A DNA stretch of 64,000 nt, taken from contig JBEIJY010000003.1 in NCBI GenBank assembly GCA_040380025.1, forward strand, positions 1 to 64,000, written 5' to 3'. This DNA is from Bdellovibrionales bacterium (lineage in GTDB: Bacteria > Bdellovibrionota > UBA1018 > CAIMNF01). Below are positions 1 to 10,096 of the stretch, one piece after another. Position 1 is the stretch's first letter; the number at the start of each line of letters is the position of its first letter. The position numbers and the translations under genes are program-made. The notes under the pieces were generated by a model. It had not been told where the DNA came from. It did not search any database and saw only the letters and a list, made by a program, of their open reading frames with translations.

Positions 1-172
1 GGCAAAAACCAAATCATTCCCCCGCCCTCTCCCCATACCGCTTCATCGAGCACACTCAAGGGGGGGGCAGTTCGAGAAGTGCGCCCCCGTGCTTTGCGAC
101 ATTATCTAATATTTTCAGGATGTTTGTGCTGTTCTTAGATGATCTTAGACAAAATTCGTTTTGGTGCAAAAG

Positions 173-280
173 TTATCAACACGTTTTTGAAAGTTATCCA
201 CCAAGCGCAAGTTGATGAAATAAAAGAGGTTTTTTTGATAATTTTTTCGTTTTGGAGTGATTTCTCGAAAACTATCCACA
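173..280 (+). promoter_or_regulatory. Cluster of DnaA-box-like 9-mers in an AT-rich intergenic region
   Basis: TTATCAACA (173-181), TTATCCACC (194-202) and CTATCCACA (272-280), each one mismatch from TTATCCACA, same orientation, in an AT-rich non-coding stretch. Confidence 0.5.
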
Positions 281-374
281 AACTTCGTAAATTCCGGTGT
301 TTTTTTGACTCATTTCTCGGGAGTGTTGTGATTTGAGGCAAAACTCAGCTCAAACTCAAGTGCGGGCAAAAATG

Positions 375-1334
375 TCACTGATGGTCGTTTGTTTGTTCTT
401 TGGATTGCTCTTTGAGCTGTTCTTTTGGTGCAGGAACTTCATCCGAAAGAGGCTTGGAGCCAAGCTCGCTCCCCGAATATGCGGCGGGTGAGCCTCCCGC
501 CGAAATCTCAAAGCGGTTGGTTTCGAGCGGCTGGAATGGGCCCGAGCCTTTTTTGTAGCGGAATTTGCCTGACGGGCTCGATTCAAAAAGAACCCGGCCC
601 TTCGCTTTGATCGCAATCGATCGGCCTTTGCGAAGAATCAGGACCCCGATCGGCTTGTCGTCCGAGCGGTACCGAATCCAGGAGTCGTTTTCGGCCTGAA
701 GGATGATTTTGATCTTTGCGTCTGCGGAAGAGAGATCGTCCCCCTTGTTCAGCATGTCCGGAGTCGCAGTCGGGGAAGGACTGGGCTCAGGCGTCGGTGT
801 TGCGACAGGTGTCGCAGTCGGATCGGGCGAAACGGTGGCAGAAGGCGATGGCGACGAAGAAGTCAGCTCAGCCGGAGTTGCGTCCGTGGCCTCGACTGGG
901 CTGGGTGCGGCGACCGGCTGGAACTCCTTGTGCTTTTCTTTTCGGGTGTGGTTGCCCGGCTTGAAAATCAACACGACGGCAATTGCAAATACGCCCGCAA
1001 CCGAGAGCCCGATCCAGGTCCAGCGACGGTTTTGCTCGAGTTCCTTCCCTTCGAACACATACCCTTGGTGTCCCTGATCACGATCCGCGCGCTCCGGGAA
1101 CTTCTGTTCCAGAAACTCACGATGGCGCTCCAGAAGCTCATTCGGATCGAGCTTCAGCGCTTTGGCGTAATTGACGATGAAGCCACGGGTGAAGGCTCGT
1201 GCGGGAAGATCGGCGTAGCGATCTTCTTCGATCGCTTGCAGGATCTTGAGATGGATTTTCGTCGCGGCCGAGATCTGCTCCAGGCTGCGGCCGATTTCGA
1301 TGCGTCTTTCCCTGAGTTCCTGCCCCAGGGTCAC
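375..1334 (-). CDS. rodZ: RodZ-like cytoskeleton protein (XRE-type HTH, TM helix, Pro/Thr linker, C-terminal periplasmic domain)
   Basis: N-terminal LGQELRERR...SLEQIS..TKI....LQAIEE...LP..FTRGFIVNYAKAL motif, one TM segment, PT-rich linker; lies downstream of a PilF-like TPR gene as in the usual pilF-rodZ order. Confidence 0.8.
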   Translation of the reverse strand: MTLGQELRERRIEIGRSLEQISAATKIHLKILQAIEEDRYADLPARAFTRGFIVNYAKALKLDPNELLERHREFLEQKFPERADRDQGHQGYVFEGKELEQNRRWTWIGLSVAGVFAIAVVLIFKPGNHTRKEKHKEFQPVAAPSPVEATDATPAELTSSSPSPSATVSPDPTATPVATPTPEPSPSPTATPDMLNKGDDLSSADAKIKIILQAENDSWIRYRSDDKPIGVLILRKGRSIAIKAKGRVLFESSPSGKFRYKKGSGPFQPLETNRFEISAGGSPAAYSGSELGSKPLSDEVPAPKEQLKEQSKEQTNDHQ

Positions 1335-2104
1335 GGAATGCCTCGCAGGGATTTGGCGGCCTCATCCGAGGCGTCGCTATCCGGAAACAATCGCTGGATC
1401 TCGATCATTTTGGCACGGGCTTGGTCGAATCGTTTTTGCCGGATCCACGTCTGGCCGAGAGTCAGGTGAATCTCGCTCAGGCCCGAGCAGGTGCCTTTCA
1501 GGGAGTTCTGAAGGTTCCTTGAGGCCGAGCGAAGGTCTTGCCGTTCGAGATTCACTTTTCCGAGGTAATACTGCGCGTAGCACGAAAACGGACCTCCGTC
1601 CGAGATGGCACGGGTCAGCCAAGTGGCGGCTTTTTCGAAGTCCATTTTTTTGAAGTACAAAATGCCGAGGTTCGTCTTCGGAAGGGCGGAGTCCCGGTAC
1701 AGAAGGTCCGAGGCCGCTTCGAGCAAAAACGGCTCCGCCTCTGAGCTTTTTCCCCGTTCCATCAAAATTTTTCCGAGGGCGTTCTTCGCGGCCGAGAAAC
1801 TCGGGTCGAGACTCAGCGCTCTTCGGGCCGAGTCCTCGGCCAGGGAGAGCTCGTTTTTGTTCAGGTAAGCCAGAGCGTACAAAAGGTGTTCGCGAGGGAT
1901 CGAATCGTCGAGCTCGCGGATCCGGTTCAGGGTCTCGAGAGCGCTGATCGAGTCATTCTCGGCCACGGCGGCGGCCGCGATGGTCATGAGTGCTTCGATT
2001 CGCTCGGCCTTCGTAAGCGAACGTTTCGAATCGGGAGATCCGGCGCAGGCCGAAGCCAGAGCGAGGAGGGCGCAAAGAACCCATGGATTCGCACCATTTT
2101 TCAT
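1331..2104 (-). CDS. TPR lipoprotein, PilF/PilW/Tgl-like pilotin
   Basis: Lipobox LASAC, several TPR-like repeats (AKNALGKIL, TNLGILY, YYLGKV), adjacent to rodZ. Confidence 0.7.
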   Translation of the reverse strand: MKNGANPWVLCALLALASACAGSPDSKRSLTKAERIEALMTIAAAAVAENDSISALETLNRIRELDDSIPREHLLYALAYLNKNELSLAEDSARRALSLDPSFSAAKNALGKILMERGKSSEAEPFLLEAASDLLYRDSALPKTNLGILYFKKMDFEKAATWLTRAISDGGPFSCYAQYYLGKVNLERQDLRSASRNLQNSLKGTCSGLSEIHLTLGQTWIRQKRFDQARAKMIEIQRLFPDSDASDEAAKSLRGIP

Positions 2105-3237
2105 ACTCTTGAGTGTAGCGCCGATCCCGAAAAAAGTGCAAGCGATTCAACGTGCGGAGTTTGCGGAAACAGATCCAGAACGCCCAGGCGTTCCAGCCGG
2201 AATCCGGCCCTGAGCAAGCCGCGGGTGTCCCGGGTGAAGGCATCGACTTCGCAGCCCACCAGAATCAGCGATTCCATTTTTTGGTGCGAGAGCTTCTGAA
2301 GAATCGGGTCGAGCGTGCGCGAGATCCCCTCGCGGGGAGGGTCGGCGATCACACAAGTGCTCTTGCCCTTCCGGGACTCGGGCAATGCGGTTCGGGCCCA
2401 TTTTTCGATGTCCATCCGTACGAATCGAAAATGTTCCGGAAGATGGGCGGCCCTGTGTTTCGGGGTGAATGTGTCCGCGCATTCCACTTCCTCGAACCGG
2501 TCCGCCACGCCAAGGCTCAGGTTCCCGTCCCCTCCGTACAGGTCGAACAGGATTTCAGCAGGACGCAGATGCGTGCTGATCCAGGCGCGGAGCTTCGAGT
2601 TCTGGGAGTCATTCACCTGACGGAATCCGAAGGCGGCATTCCTCAGATTCCAGGCGGCGCGGACCTCTCCTTCGGGCGAAACGTCGAGCTCGAGTTTGAA
2701 GTCCTCTTGAAACTCCGAAAATCCCTGTTCGCGAAGTGCGGGGATGGCCCGGTTGATCCGCTCGTCGGCGATCGCGCAGGCGTTCAGATCGACGATCTCC
2801 CGGGTTCCGGGCCTGAAAAATCCGAGTTCGCGGCGCGAGGCGTTTCCGTGGAGCTGGATCCGGTTCCGGTAGCCGTACGGGGCATCTGCCGGGAGCTCAT
2901 CCACGGGGATGTCTTTGGTTTCGACTCCGGCGCGGGAGAGTGCATGCAGAAGGCCCTTCTTTTTGACTTCGAATTGGAGCGAATAAGGAATGTGCTGCCA
3001 ACTGCAGCCTCCGCACTTCGTGAAGTGCGGGCAGGGGGCGGGAATCCGCCCCGAAGACGGAGTGATCACCTCGATCAGCTCGCCCTGGGAATAGTTCTTT
3101 TTTCGTTCGAGGATCCGGACCCGCACGAAATCGCCGGGAGCCGTGTGAGGCACGAACACCACTTCTCCGGAGGCAAGTCGCGCAACGCCGGCACCGCCCC
3201 GCGAGAGGTCGTCAATTTGAATCTGGAACTCTTCCAC
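2101..3237 (-). CDS. rlmD: TRAM-domain RNA (uracil-5)-methyltransferase, RlmD/TrmA family
   Basis: TRAM N-terminus, CPHFTKCGGC Fe-S motif, YRNRI, DLYGGDG, DPPREG, DLFPQTPHVE. Confidence 0.85.
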   Translation of the reverse strand: MEEFQIQIDDLSRGGAGVARLASGEVVFVPHTAPGDFVRVRILERKKNYSQGELIEVITPSSGRIPAPCPHFTKCGGCSWQHIPYSLQFEVKKKGLLHALSRAGVETKDIPVDELPADAPYGYRNRIQLHGNASRRELGFFRPGTREIVDLNACAIADERINRAIPALREQGFSEFQEDFKLELDVSPEGEVRAAWNLRNAAFGFRQVNDSQNSKLRAWISTHLRPAEILFDLYGGDGNLSLGVADRFEEVECADTFTPKHRAAHLPEHFRFVRMDIEKWARTALPESRKGKSTCVIADPPREGISRTLDPILQKLSHQKMESLILVGCEVDAFTRDTRGLLRAGFRLERLGVLDLFPQTPHVESLALFSGSALHSRV

Positions 3238-3249
3238 GAAAATCGAAAA

Positions 3250-3630
3250 TCAGTCCGAACACCGGGAGGTGTCGCGGTATTCCGGCTTCACCCAGCGAGT
3301 GCAGGTGCCCGATTCGCCCTGTTCCTCTGCCGCAGCCACATCGCGGCCGTTCATTTCGCCCATCTGGATCAGCGTGCCGTCTTTGAAGTCCACAAAAAGG
3401 CTCCGTCCCTTTTTCGGGCCCGAACGGAACTCATAAACCCAGCGATCGCGATCTTCGGTCCGGACCACGGTGTCGGGGCGTCCGAGGTAATGCATCACGC
3501 GGGGCTGGGTCATCCCTTTCTCGATCTTCGCCAGGTTCTCGCTGCTTTCGGCGCCGAAAAAGAAAGTCGCGCATCCCGCGAGGGCGGTGAGGAGGAGAAA
3601 ACCCGGGACCTTCAAGAGTTGGTTCTTCAT
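3250..3630 (-). CDS. SmpA/OmlA (BamE-like) lipoprotein
   Basis: Lipobox LAGC and IEKGMTQPRVMHYLGRPD...WVY motif of the SmpA/OmlA fold. Confidence 0.7.
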   Translation of the reverse strand: MKNQLLKVPGFLLLTALAGCATFFFGAESSENLAKIEKGMTQPRVMHYLGRPDTVVRTEDRDRWVYEFRSGPKKGRSLFVDFKDGTLIQMGEMNGRDVAAAEEQGESGTCTRWVKPEYRDTSRCSD

Positions 3631-3638
3631 ACGACTTC

Positions 3639-3667
3639 AGTATAGTCCTTGGATCGCCCGCTGTTAA
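3639..3667 (-). promoter_or_regulatory. Sigma70-type promoter directly upstream of the bamE-like start (leaderless)
   Basis: TTAACA-17 bp-TATACT, then 8 nt to ATG at 3630; no Shine-Dalgarno. Confidence 0.6.
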
Positions 3668-3745
3668 GGAAAATGCGCGAAACCGGCCCTGATTCGGGGG
3701 TGGCATTCGCGGGCGCTTCCTGTTAGATTCTCCGGAACACCGATC

Positions 3746-5542
3746 ATGTCAAAAAACATCCGTAATTTCTGTATCATTGCCCACATCGACCACGGGAAGT
3801 CCACCCTCGCCGACCGCCTTCTGGAGCGGACCGGCACGGTGACTGCCCGGGAGATGGAGGCTCAATTTCTTGACAACATGGAGCTCGAGCGCGAGCGGGG
3901 CATCACCATCAAGGCCCAGAGCGTGCGGCTTCGGTACAAGGCAAAAGACGGCCAAGAGTACATCATGAATCTGATTGATACTCCCGGCCACGTCGATTTC
4001 ACCTACGAGGTCTCGCGCTCGCTCGCGGCCTGTGAAGGCGCGATTCTGGTGGTCGATGCGACCCAAGGGGTGGAGGCGCAGACCCTTGCCAACGTGTTTC
4101 TCGCCCTCGAGAACAACCTCGAAGTCTTTCCGGTGATCAACAAAATCGATCTTCCCTCGGCTGACCCCGAGAAGGTCAAAAAAGAAGTCGACGAGACGAT
4201 CGGGCTGGTCGATGTCTCGCGGGCCGTGCTGGCCAGCGCGAAGTCGGGCATCGGCATCGACGATGTCCTCGAAGCCGTGGTGAAGTATGTACCTCCTCCG
4301 CCCGATGACGATCAGGGCGATTTGCGTGCGCTCATCTTTGACAGCTGGTTTGATCCCTACCAGGGCGTGATCGGGCTGATCCGGGTGTTCAACGGGGTGG
4401 TGAAGCCCGGCATGAAGATCAAGCTCTATCATGTGGGCAAGGAATTCGAGGTTCAAAAACTCGGCGTGTTCGCGCCGAAGTACAAAGATGTCGATCAGCT
4501 CGCCAGCGGCGAGGTGGGTGCGATCATCTGCGGAATCAAAGATGTGCGCGACATGAAGGTCGGCGATACGGTCATGAGCGCGAATGCTCCGCTCACCGAG
4601 CCGCTTTCGGGATTCTCCGAGGCGAAGCCCATGGTGTTTTGCGGAGTCTACCCCGTCGAATCCGAGAACTATCAAGACCTGAAGGAAGCCCTCGAAAAGC
4701 TCCAGCTGAACGACTCGGCGATCTCGTTCGAACCCGAGACTTCGAATGCGCTCGGCTTCGGGTTTCGATGCGGGTTCCTCGGACTTTTGCACATGGATGT
4801 CGTGCAAGAGCGCCTGGAGCGCGAATACGGGCTCAACATCATCACCACCGCCCCTTCGGTGGTGTATCGCGTGACCAAGACCGATGGCGAAGTGATCATG
4901 GTCGAGAACCCGGCCAAGCTTCCCGATCAGGTCAAGATCCAGACTATCGAGGAGCCGTATATCCGGCTCAGCATTCACATGCCTTCCGAGTACGTCGGCG
5001 TGGTGATGGCTCTTTGCAATGATCGCCGGGGGCTCCAGGAAAAACTCGATTTCATCACGAGCGACCGCGTGACCCTCGTGTATCATCTGCCGCTCGCCGA
5101 GATGGTGTTCGATTTTTACGACAAGCTGAAGAGCTGCACCCGCGGCTATGCCTCGATGGATTACTCGCTTCTCGATTACCGCGCCTCCGAGCTCGTGAAG
5201 ATGGACATTCTCATCAATGCCGAGCCGGTGGACGCCCTCTCGCTCATCATCCACAAAGACAAAGCCCACATCCGCGGGCGCGAACTCGCGAAGAAGATGA
5301 AGGAGCTGATCGAACGGCAGATGTTCGAGATCGCCATCCAGGCGGCGATCGGATCCAAAATCGTCGCGCGCGAGACGATCTCGGCGTACCGCAAGAACGT
5401 CACGGCCAAGTGTTATGGCGGCGACATTTCGCGGAAACGAAAGCTCCTCGAGAAGCAAAAAGAGGGCAAGAAGCGCATGAAGCAGGTCGGCTCGGTCGAG
5501 ATTCCGCAGGAGGCGTTTCTCGCGGTTCTCAAGGTGGATTGA
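3746..5542 (+). CDS. lepA: Translation factor LepA (EF4)
   Basis: [59 protein letters not shown]. Confidence 0.98.
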   Translation: MSKNIRNFCIIAHIDHGKSTLADRLLERTGTVTAREMEAQFLDNMELERERGITIKAQSVRLRYKAKDGQEYIMNLIDTPGHVDFTYEVSRSLAACEGAILVVDATQGVEAQTLANVFLALENNLEVFPVINKIDLPSADPEKVKKEVDETIGLVDVSRAVLASAKSGIGIDDVLEAVVKYVPPPPDDDQGDLRALIFDSWFDPYQGVIGLIRVFNGVVKPGMKIKLYHVGKEFEVQKLGVFAPKYKDVDQLASGEVGAIICGIKDVRDMKVGDTVMSANAPLTEPLSGFSEAKPMVFCGVYPVESENYQDLKEALEKLQLNDSAISFEPETSNALGFGFRCGFLGLLHMDVVQERLEREYGLNIITTAPSVVYRVTKTDGEVIMVENPAKLPDQVKIQTIEEPYIRLSIHMPSEYVGVVMALCNDRRGLQEKLDFITSDRVTLVYHLPLAEMVFDFYDKLKSCTRGYASMDYSLLDYRASELVKMDILINAEPVDALSLIIHKDKAHIRGRELAKKMKELIERQMFEIAIQAAIGSKIVARETISAYRKNVTAKCYGGDISRKRKLLEKQKEGKKRMKQVGSVEIPQEAFLAVLKVD

Positions 5543-5545
5543 TCG

Positions 5546-7084
5546 ATGCCCCGTTGGCTCGGAGCCGTTGCAATCCTTTTGCTCGGCCTGAGAATCGCGC
5601 TTTCGGTTCTGTTCCCGGTCTTCGGCGACGAGGCCTATTACTACTACTGGGGGGCTCACCCGGCGGGCGGATTTTATGATCTTCCTCCGATGATCGGCTG
5701 GTGGCTCTCACCGATGGTGGCGGTGTCCTCGTCTCCGGTTTGGGTCCGGCTTCCGTCGTTCCTTGCCTCGCTCGCAGTGGCCGTGGGGCTTTTTCGTCTG
5801 ATCCGCGGGGATCGGGGCGCACATGAGGCCCGGACTGCGGCCTGTTTGTTCTTTTTTCTCCCCTTGCCGTTTCTGGCATTGATTCCCTTCCCGGATTTGC
5901 CTCTGATGGTGTTCTCGTTCTTCTCGGCTGCGGTCTTCTTTCGTGGAGTGCGCGATCAACGCCGGTTTTTCAGCGCGTCCCTTGCGGGCGCGGGGCTTCT
6001 TTGGGGATGTGCGTTTTTATCGAAGTACTTTGCGGTCTTTTTGCTTCCCGCGATGCTCCTTTGGGGCTGGACTCGCGGGCGGCATCGATGGGGCGGAATC
6101 GTTTCCTTCGCGCTCGGCGCTGTGCCTCCGGTGCTTCAGCATCTCGAGTGGAATCACGGTCACTGCTGGTCGAATTTCGTGTTCAATCTGGTCGTGAGGC
6201 AAAAAGCATTCGAGGGCACCGTGGTCCAGACCACGGGAATGCTGATTCTTCATTGCTTGCTTGTCGCCGCTCCGGTTCTGCTGGCTTTCCTTCCCTTCGC
6301 GAAACGGCCCGAAAAGGGCGGAGTTTCTGATCAAACAAAGAGTGCTGATCTTGAACGGTATCTCTTCTTGCTTTGGGCGGTCCCACTCGGAATCTTTGCC
6401 CTCACGGCCCTGCGCGGGCGGGGACAGGGACTCCATTGGCTCTTGTTTTTGATTCCGTTCTTTGCGGGCTGGAGCGTTCTTCGGGCTGGGGAACGGCGCG
6501 GGCTCTGGTCCCTGCGGATCGCCATGGCGATGTCGTTTTTGTTTTCTTCGGCGCTGATCGGGAGCATGGCGTTTCCGCGCGAGGTTCTGGGCGGATTCTT
6601 CATGCAGAGAAATCACTCCGAGTTCGTGGCCATCACCTCGAAGGGGGCGATGACGGCAAGTTTTGCCGGTCATTTGGCGGGAACCAAGGCCTTCTTCATC
6701 GACAACTATTCTCTTGCGAGCTTTTTCCATGTCGAATTCCGGAATCATCCCGATGCGCGGTCGCTTCCGCCGGTGAATTCATGGATGACCGGTTCCCGCT
6801 TCGGGCGTGCCTTCGACTGGACGGTGCGATGGGCGGAGCTCGAGGGGCAGGAGATCTCGTTTTTTCGATACGGGCACGGTGGGGCTTCCGATCTTGCCCC
6901 GTACTTTGACGAGATCGTGGCGAATCCGATGGCTTTCGAGGATGTGAACTTCACCGTTTTTCGGGGCAAGGGATTCCGGGCCCGCGAATTCTGGCTTGCG
7001 CGGGTGAAGCCCGAGCTCGAGTCGTTTTATCCTCCGTTTTTGCCGGGGAAGTGTCCGATCCAGGAGCCTTTCGATGCAATCTGA
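5546..7084 (+). CDS. ArnT/PMT-family (GT-C) membrane glycosyltransferase
   Basis: DEAYYYYWG...GFYDLPPMIGW, multiple TM helices, AFLSKY motif. Confidence 0.8.
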   Translation: MPRWLGAVAILLLGLRIALSVLFPVFGDEAYYYYWGAHPAGGFYDLPPMIGWWLSPMVAVSSSPVWVRLPSFLASLAVAVGLFRLIRGDRGAHEARTAACLFFFLPLPFLALIPFPDLPLMVFSFFSAAVFFRGVRDQRRFFSASLAGAGLLWGCAFLSKYFAVFLLPAMLLWGWTRGRHRWGGIVSFALGAVPPVLQHLEWNHGHCWSNFVFNLVVRQKAFEGTVVQTTGMLILHCLLVAAPVLLAFLPFAKRPEKGGVSDQTKSADLERYLFLLWAVPLGIFALTALRGRGQGLHWLLFLIPFFAGWSVLRAGERRGLWSLRIAMAMSFLFSSALIGSMAFPREVLGGFFMQRNHSEFVAITSKGAMTASFAGHLAGTKAFFIDNYSLASFFHVEFRNHPDARSLPPVNSWMTGSRFGRAFDWTVRWAELEGQEISFFRYGHGGASDLAPYFDEIVANPMAFEDVNFTVFRGKGFRAREFWLARVKPELESFYPPFLPGKCPIQEPFDAI

Positions 7085-7826
7085 GTTGTTGCTGATTTTT
7101 GCCGGTCTGGTCGCGGGGTCGATCGACAGCATCGCCGGGGGCGGCGGGCTGATCACGCTTCCGGTCCTTTCGGGGCTGATCGAGGCCGGTCCCCACGCCA
7201 TCGGCACCAACAAGATCGTGGGCTTCACGGGGGCGCTCATCGCGTTTTTGGTGTATCTCCGGCAACAGCCGCTTCACCTCAAAAAAGGATTCTCGTTCAT
7301 CGCCTCGGTGGGAGTCGGTGCGGTGCTCGGATCGTTGGCGTCCCCCCTTCTTCCGAAGCTTTACTTCCGGTATCTTCTGATTGCCGCCTGCCCGCTCGTT
7401 TTGTGGGTGGTGTGGAACCGGCAGATGTTTGTCCGCGAGATCAAGGACCACGGAAAGCGCGGGCTCGGTGTTCTCGTCGGGGTGGGCACCGCAGTCGGGT
7501 TCTATGACGGATTTTTCGGGCCGGGCGGAGGAACATTCATGTTGCTCGGTCTCCTTTGGGGCGTGAAACTGCCTCTTTTCGAGGCCCTCATGCTCTCGAA
7601 GCTCGCAAATTCGCTCTCGGCCGGGGCCTCGCTCGTGTCGTTCGGTGTGCAAGGATATGTGCATGCCCGGGCCGGAATCATCATGGCGATCGGAATGATG
7701 GCCGGAAGCTATCTCGGGGCCCGTCTTGCCTCCAAACGCGCTGAACGGGTGGTGCGTCCCGTACTGGTGCTCGTGGTGCTCATCCTTTTGGGTGTCCAGC
7801 TTCGGGAAGCGTTGAATTCGAATTGA
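7074..7826 (+). CDS. TSUP (TauE/SafE, YfcA-like) transporter
   Basis: IDSIAGGGGLITLP, GTNK, GFYDGFFGPGGGTF motifs. Confidence 0.9.
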   Translation: MQSELLLIFAGLVAGSIDSIAGGGGLITLPVLSGLIEAGPHAIGTNKIVGFTGALIAFLVYLRQQPLHLKKGFSFIASVGVGAVLGSLASPLLPKLYFRYLLIAACPLVLWVVWNRQMFVREIKDHGKRGLGVLVGVGTAVGFYDGFFGPGGGTFMLLGLLWGVKLPLFEALMLSKLANSLSAGASLVSFGVQGYVHARAGIIMAIGMMAGSYLGARLASKRAERVVRPVLVLVVLILLGVQLREALNSN

Positions 7827-7871
7827 AATCCGGCCTCGAAATGATAGGTTCGAATTCCGGGAGGAACAGCC

Positions 7872-8801
7872 ATGTTCCCGGTGTCGTTCACGTCCGTTCA
7901 CGGTCAGTCTGCAGAGCTTCTTCGCACGCTCCTTGCTCTTTCGTTTCGAATCAAAAACGATCCTTCCCGGTATTCGGCCGTGCTGAAGAACCGGACGGTG
8001 CTTCAGATGTTTGTCGAGAACTCGACCCGCACACGAATGTCGTTCGAAGCGGCGGTACGGAAGCTCGGCGGCTCGAGCATCGGGTTTTCGTCCTCGGGTT
8101 CGAGTGTGAAGAAGGGCGAGACCCTGCTCGATACCGCGCGGGTGATCTTGCAGTACGGAGTCGACGGGATCGTGCTCCGGCACTCCTCGGCCGGAGCGCC
8201 CGAGTGGATCGCGCATGCGACCGTTCGCCCGGTCATCAACGCGGGCGACGGCGCGCGGGAGCATCCCACGCAGGCGCTTTTGGATGCCTTCACCCTTGCG
8301 GAGCACTGGCAGTCCAAGGGGACTGCGAACTTTCGAGGGCGCTCGGTCCTGATTCTCGGCGACACGCTCCATTCCCGCGTTGCGCGGTCCAATCTTCATT
8401 TTTTAGCGGCGCTCGGAGCGCGGGTGATTCTCTGTGGTCCGGCCACTCTCACGATCCGCGATCGTTCGCTGTTCCCCGAGTTCGAAGTGGTGTCGTTTCC
8501 CGATCGGATTTTGTCCGAAGTCGATGCCGTGATGGTGCTTCGAATCCAGCATGAACGGCAGAGCTCGGGCGCGATTCCTTCTCTGCGGGAGTACCGGCAT
8601 TTCTGGGGTCTGACCCGCGAGCGCGCATCCGCGCTCAAAGAGGACGCCGTGATTTTGCATCCGGGGCCCGTCAATCGCGGTGTCGAGATCGACTCCGAGG
8701 TGGCCGATTCCCCGCGCTCGCTCATTCTGAACCAGGTCGAGAACGGCGTGTACGTCCGCATGGCGGTGCTCGCGCGATTCGTGGGAGGACTCGAGGCATG
8801 A
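7872..8801 (+). CDS. pyrB: Aspartate carbamoyltransferase catalytic subunit
   Basis: FVENSTRT, NAGDG.REHPTQALLD, HSRVARSN, LRIQHER, HPGPVNRGVE. Confidence 0.97.
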   Translation: MFPVSFTSVHGQSAELLRTLLALSFRIKNDPSRYSAVLKNRTVLQMFVENSTRTRMSFEAAVRKLGGSSIGFSSSGSSVKKGETLLDTARVILQYGVDGIVLRHSSAGAPEWIAHATVRPVINAGDGAREHPTQALLDAFTLAEHWQSKGTANFRGRSVLILGDTLHSRVARSNLHFLAALGARVILCGPATLTIRDRSLFPEFEVVSFPDRILSEVDAVMVLRIQHERQSSGAIPSLREYRHFWGLTRERASALKEDAVILHPGPVNRGVEIDSEVADSPRSLILNQVENGVYVRMAVLARFVGGLEA

Positions 8802-10096
8802 AGCTCATCAAGAACGCCCGCGTGGTGGATCCTTCGCAGACTCTCGACGACATTCGCGATGTGCTCGTCGAAAACAGAACCATCCGTGCCCTCGAACGTC
8901 CGGGATCATTCGATTCGACTCCGGTGCAAGAAACCACCGATGCAAACGGTCTGGTGCTGACTCCCGGGTTCATCGATGTCCACGTGCATTTGCGGGAGCC
9001 CGGTTTCGAATCGAAAGAGACGATCGCATCGGGGGCGCGTGCCGCGATTCGCGGAGGGTTCACCTCGATTGCGCCGATGGCGAACACCGAGCCGGTGAAC
9101 GATCACGCGGCGATCACCCGCCTGATCCTCGAAAAAGCGGCTCTTGCCGATCTTTGCCGGGTGTTCCCGATCGGTGCGGTCACGCGGGGCCAAAAAGGCG
9201 AGGAATTGGCCGAGATCGGACTCATGGCCGAGGCGGGGATTCGCGCGCTCAGCGATGATGGCATGCCGGTGATGAACTCGCAGGTGATGCGGCAGGCGAT
9301 GGAGTATGCGAGCATGTTCGATCTTCCGGTGATCAGTCACGCCGAGGACTTGAACCTCTCGCGAGGGGCTCCGGTGACCGAAGGCGCGGTTTCGTCCCTC
9401 TTCGGCTGGCGCGGAAACCCGAACGCCTCCGAAGAAATCATGGTTGCCCGCGAGATCGCGCTTGCCCGCCTCACAGGCGCGCGGGTCCATATCGCGCACA
9501 TTTCCACCCGCGAAGGGGTCGAGCTGGTTCGCCGCGCGAAAGAGTCCGGTCTCGCGATCACAGCCGAGGTGACGCCTCATCATTTGCTTTTGAATGAGCT
9601 CGATCTTTTGAAGACCGCTCATTCGTGCACGCATCATCAGCCCCGCGCGGACTTCCGGATGGCGCCTCCTTTGCGGAGCGAGCGCGATCAGGACGCCTTG
9701 CTCGAAGGCCTTCGCGCGGGCGTGATCGACATGGTGGCGTCGGATCACGCGCCTCATGGTTGTGTCGACAAAGATGTCGAATTCGAGATGGCCGCGAACG
9801 GGATCCTCGGGCTTCAGACCACCGTTCCCTTGCTGTTGGGCCTGGTGCGCGAGGGGCGCCTTTCGCTCTCGAGAATGATCGAAAGCCTGACCGTTGCGCC
9901 GGCAAGGCTGCTGGGGCTTCGGGGACTCGGAACGCTTCGTCCGGGCGCGGAGGCCGATCTCGTGCTCCTGGACCTGAACGAGCCGTGGGAGCTTCTGCCC
10001 GCGGCGATCGAGTCGATCAGCAAAAATTCGCCCTTTCTCGGGCGAAGATTTCAGGGCCGGGTCAAGCGCACCATGGTCGGAGGGAGCTGGAAATGA
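8798..10096 (+). CDS. pyrC: Dihydroorotase
   Basis: PGFIDVHVHLREPG, EVTPHHL, PPLR, ASDHAPH, SKNSPF. Confidence 0.95.
   Translation: MKLIKNARVVDPSQTLDDIRDVLVENRTIRALERPGSFDSTPVQETTDANGLVLTPGFIDVHVHLREPGFESKETIASGARAAIRGGFTSIAPMANTEPVNDHAAITRLILEKAALADLCRVFPIGAVTRGQKGEELAEIGLMAEAGIRALSDDGMPVMNSQVMRQAMEYASMFDLPVISHAEDLNLSRGAPVTEGAVSSLFGWRGNPNASEEIMVAREIALARLTGARVHIAHISTREGVELVRRAKESGLAITAEVTPHHLLLNELDLLKTAHSCTHHQPRADFRMAPPLRSERDQDALLEGLRAGVIDMVASDHAPHGCVDKDVEFEMAANGILGLQTTVPLLLGLVREGRLSLSRMIESLTVAPARLLGLRGLGTLRPGAEADLVLLDLNEPWELLPAAIESISKNSPFLGRRFQGRVKRTMVGGSWK

Noticed and set aside
95..130. NrdR-box-like sequences
   Set aside because: Too many mismatches at conserved positions
135..341. Small ORFs in the AT-rich left region
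   Set aside because: Atypical composition, no SD, overlap the DnaA-box-like sites; likely non-coding
9625..10092. Apparent 156-aa N-terminal extension of CarA
   Set aside because: Lies inside pyrC in another frame; ATG 10093 overlapping the pyrC stop gives a normal CarA
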